A stretch of 64,000 nt of DNA, from the NCBI GenBank assembly GCA_963813715.1, contig CAWFAK010000016.1, forward strand, positions 460,069 through 524,068, given 5' to 3'. Both the position numbers and the translations under genes were made by a program. Under the pieces are notes generated by a model. The model was not told the DNA's origin. It ran no database searches and worked only from the letters and a program-made list of their open reading frames with translations. Source of the DNA: an uncultured Planctomycetaceae bacterium (GTDB lineage: Bacteria; Planctomycetota; Planctomycetia; Planctomycetales; Planctomycetaceae). Numbering within the stretch: position 1 is the stretch's first letter; each line of letters starts with the position of its first letter. Shown here one piece after another: positions 61,633 to 64,000 of this stretch.

Positions 61633-62532
61633 ATGAAATCGTTCCGGGGCAAACGAGCGCTGGTGACCGGGGCCGCGTCGGGGATCGGACGCGAAATCGC
61701 GCTGAGACTGGCGCTCGAGGGCGCCGATCTCTGGCTGCTCGACATCGATCTCGACGGTCTGCAAGAGGTCGTCCGCGATGCGCGGGTTTGCGGCGTGCAA
61801 GCCGTCGCTCGACGCTGCGATCTGAGCGCGGCCACGGAAATCTCGACGGCCCTCGCGGAGTTGCTCGCCGAGTGGGGTGCCCTCGACATCCTGGTTAACA
61901 ACGCCGGCGTCGCTTATTACGGTGCGACCGAGAGGATGACCGCCGAACAATGGGACTGGCTGCTGGCGATCAACCTGCTCGCGCCGATCCAGATCATCCG
62001 CGAACTGTTGCCCGTGCTGCTGCAGCAGCACGAGGCCCACGTGCTGAATGTCTGCAGCGTCGCCGGACTGGTCGCCGGGCCGCGCTCGGCCGCGTATCAC
62101 GTCAGCAAGTTCGGCCTTGTGGGATTCACGGAATCCATTCGCGCTGAGTACGGACGCCGCGGTGTCGGCGTGACCGCCCTTTGCCCCGGGCCGGTGCGGA
62201 CGAATTTGTATAAGTCGGCGGTTAGCGGCAGCAAACGCAAGCCGGTGCCTGTGCCACCGAACTGGCTGTGCGCGACGCCCGCGCACATCGCTGACGTCGC
62301 CATCCGCGCGATCCGCCGAAATCGTCGGGTCGTGGTGATTACTCCCATCGCTCACGTGTTGTTCAACGCCAAGCGATTCACTCCGTGGTTCCTCGACTGG
62401 ATGAACCACTTCACGCTGCGTCGACGACGACCGACTGCCGTAACGACGCCCAGCACCGCCCCCGTTCTGCGGCCATTCGCGCTGGCGGCCGCGGAGCGCG
62501 AAGCAGAACCCGCGGTTCGCCGCGCGGCCTGA
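61633..62532 (+). CDS. short-chain dehydrogenase/reductase
   Basis: TGAASGIG, NNAG, YHVSK; GGAGG RBS. Confidence 0.95.
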   Translation: MKSFRGKRALVTGAASGIGREIALRLALEGADLWLLDIDLDGLQEVVRDARVCGVQAVARRCDLSAATEISTALAELLAEWGALDILVNNAGVAYYGATERMTAEQWDWLLAINLLAPIQIIRELLPVLLQQHEAHVLNVCSVAGLVAGPRSAAYHVSKFGLVGFTESIRAEYGRRGVGVTALCPGPVRTNLYKSAVSGSKRKPVPVPPNWLCATPAHIADVAIRAIRRNRRVVVITPIAHVLFNAKRFTPWFLDWMNHFTLRRRRPTAVTTPSTAPVLRPFALAAAEREAEPAVRRAA

Positions 62533-62533
62533 C

Positions 62534-62562
62534 GGCGAGCGGCGGGTGTCAGCCCGCCGGTT
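62534..62562. repeat. single REP-like hairpin of the GGCGAGC family
   Basis: ggcgagc ggcggg tgtcag cccgcc ggtt, immediately after the SDR stop. Confidence 0.7.
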
Positions 62563-62801
62563 CTTGAGTCTCACTGCAAACCTTCGGGCGCGCATCAAGT
62601 CATTGAGTCGCGCTCCAAATGTCTCAGGGCGCGCAACCTCGGCGCACGCATCACAGATAATCGAAAAATCAAGCACCGGACCGATTTAATCTATAAAAAG
62701 CTGGGCTGTCGCCCGCTCTCCCGAAAGGGAGAAAACGCCCCGATGACGTGTTGATACCACGGCAGCGGGGCTGACCACTCTCAAACTGTAGGGGTTTGAA
62801 A

Positions 62802-63866
62802 ATGGCTACGGCAATTCTGCACGCTGCGCATCGGTCTGTCCAATCTGTTCGCTTAAGCGAACCGTTCGTTGCAAGCGGCAGCTTGCTCAGAATGAAAGAT
62901 GCTGGCCGACTCGCCGGAATCTCGGTCGAATTGCTCCGGTACTACTGCAACGCAGGAACCGTGGAGACTGAGCGAACCGTCGGCGGGCATCGGCTCGTTA
63001 AACGCGATTCCTTGGTGCGTGCTCTTGGTCTCAACGTCGATGACGCGACTGACGACGCGGGAGCCGGCAACGCCAGACCGTAATTTATGCTCGGGTGAGC
63101 ACAGACAAACAACGCAAAGAGGGAAATCTCACTCGACAGGTTGAACGGTTGGAACGCTTCGCGGCTGAGCACTTCCCCGGCGAACCGACTGTGACCATTC
63201 AGGAAACGGGTTCGGGGCTCAACCACGAACGCAAAGGCTTTGTGCGACTCGTTGGACTCGGTTTTGGAAGGACGAGTGCAACGAGTCCTTTGTGAATTTG
63301 GAGACCGCATCAGCAGGAATTGTCGTTCTCTTGTTTACAGGCTTTGCTTGAAGATGGGAGTGGAAGTAATCGAAACTCGACCGACCGAAGGTCTCACCGA
63401 TGAGGACAAGGAACGCACCGAAAGCGAGGAACTCGCCTACGATGTGATGGCCGTGATGACTTGCTTCACTGCCAAACATAATGGCCGGCGAGGTGGACTG
63501 GTTAACCGGTTCGTTGTGAGCGACACCACCAAAACTCGAATCCTCGCTCTCCACGAAAGCGGACACAGTTACCGGGACATCTGCCGCACGATTCGTGCGG
63601 AGGGACACACCGAATTGAATCGCGGGCGAGCGGTGAAGGAACACAACATACGCTCGCTGTTGCTCGCGTACATGAAGGACACAGGACGAAATAGGCAGGG
63701 AACAACGCCCAACCCAAACCGCGTTCAATCGAGCGGTTTATTGACACGCTCTGCGAGCGTGGAGATGCAGCAGACCCGGCCTTTGCCGCGTTTTTGCTCG
63801 GCCTCTCTATCTGGCTTACTTGGCATTCTGCCAAGCCAGCGGACACGCTGTGCTCTCTCGCGTTGA
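62802..63866 (+). mobile_element. IS607-TnpA-like serine recombinase (MerR-type HTH, catalytic domain, extra C-terminal domain), frameshifted
   Basis: AGISVELLRYY..RTVGGHR; IYARVSTDKQ..NLTRQ; ETGSGLN; DRISR; visibly lower GC than the flanking genes. Confidence 0.8.
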
Positions 63867-64000
63867 GTTCTCGAAGGCATTCCAGTCGGTCACGGGATTA
63901 ACCCGTTCCCCGACATTCAACGAAGAGAGATTTTTACGCGGGAATCAAACTGCCAGAGTTGTCCACGCTCCGCTGTGACCCACAAGGCTCAGCCGGTTAC

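Overview
GC-rich bacterial chromosomal window, very probably Planctomycetota (PVC-type heme-binding CxxCH protein, DUF1501, BBP7-like beta-barrel, DUF1573, planctomycete-type ECF sigma). It holds about 45 mostly housekeeping or accessory genes: holA, murJ, thrS, an Fpg/Nei glycosylase, a MoxR-DUF58-DUF4129 operon, a CheB-CheR hybrid kinase, uxs-rfbA and a moaD-moaE-moaA operon. Many genes are split by single-base indels, which fits an unpolished long-read assembly. The most striking element is at 40.4-43.8 kb. Two diverged tandem IS110 (IS621-like) elements sit at a CT core inside a CCCTCACCCC..CTCTCCC..GGGAGAGGG palindromic repeat. Each has a left non-coding end that reads as a bridge RNA whose guides match its own donor junction and target flank, plus a promoter that forms only on circularisation. 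Other notable items: a REP-like hairpin family with covarying stems (one inverted pair apparently translated in a signal-peptide region), a secreted Cys/Pro/Ala-repeat HEAT protein behind a long structured leader, a Fur-like box before hemP, a degenerate phosphohexomutase, a histone-H1-like protein, and an IS607-like serine recombinase at the lower-GC right edge. All calls come from motif recognition by eye; no database searches were run.
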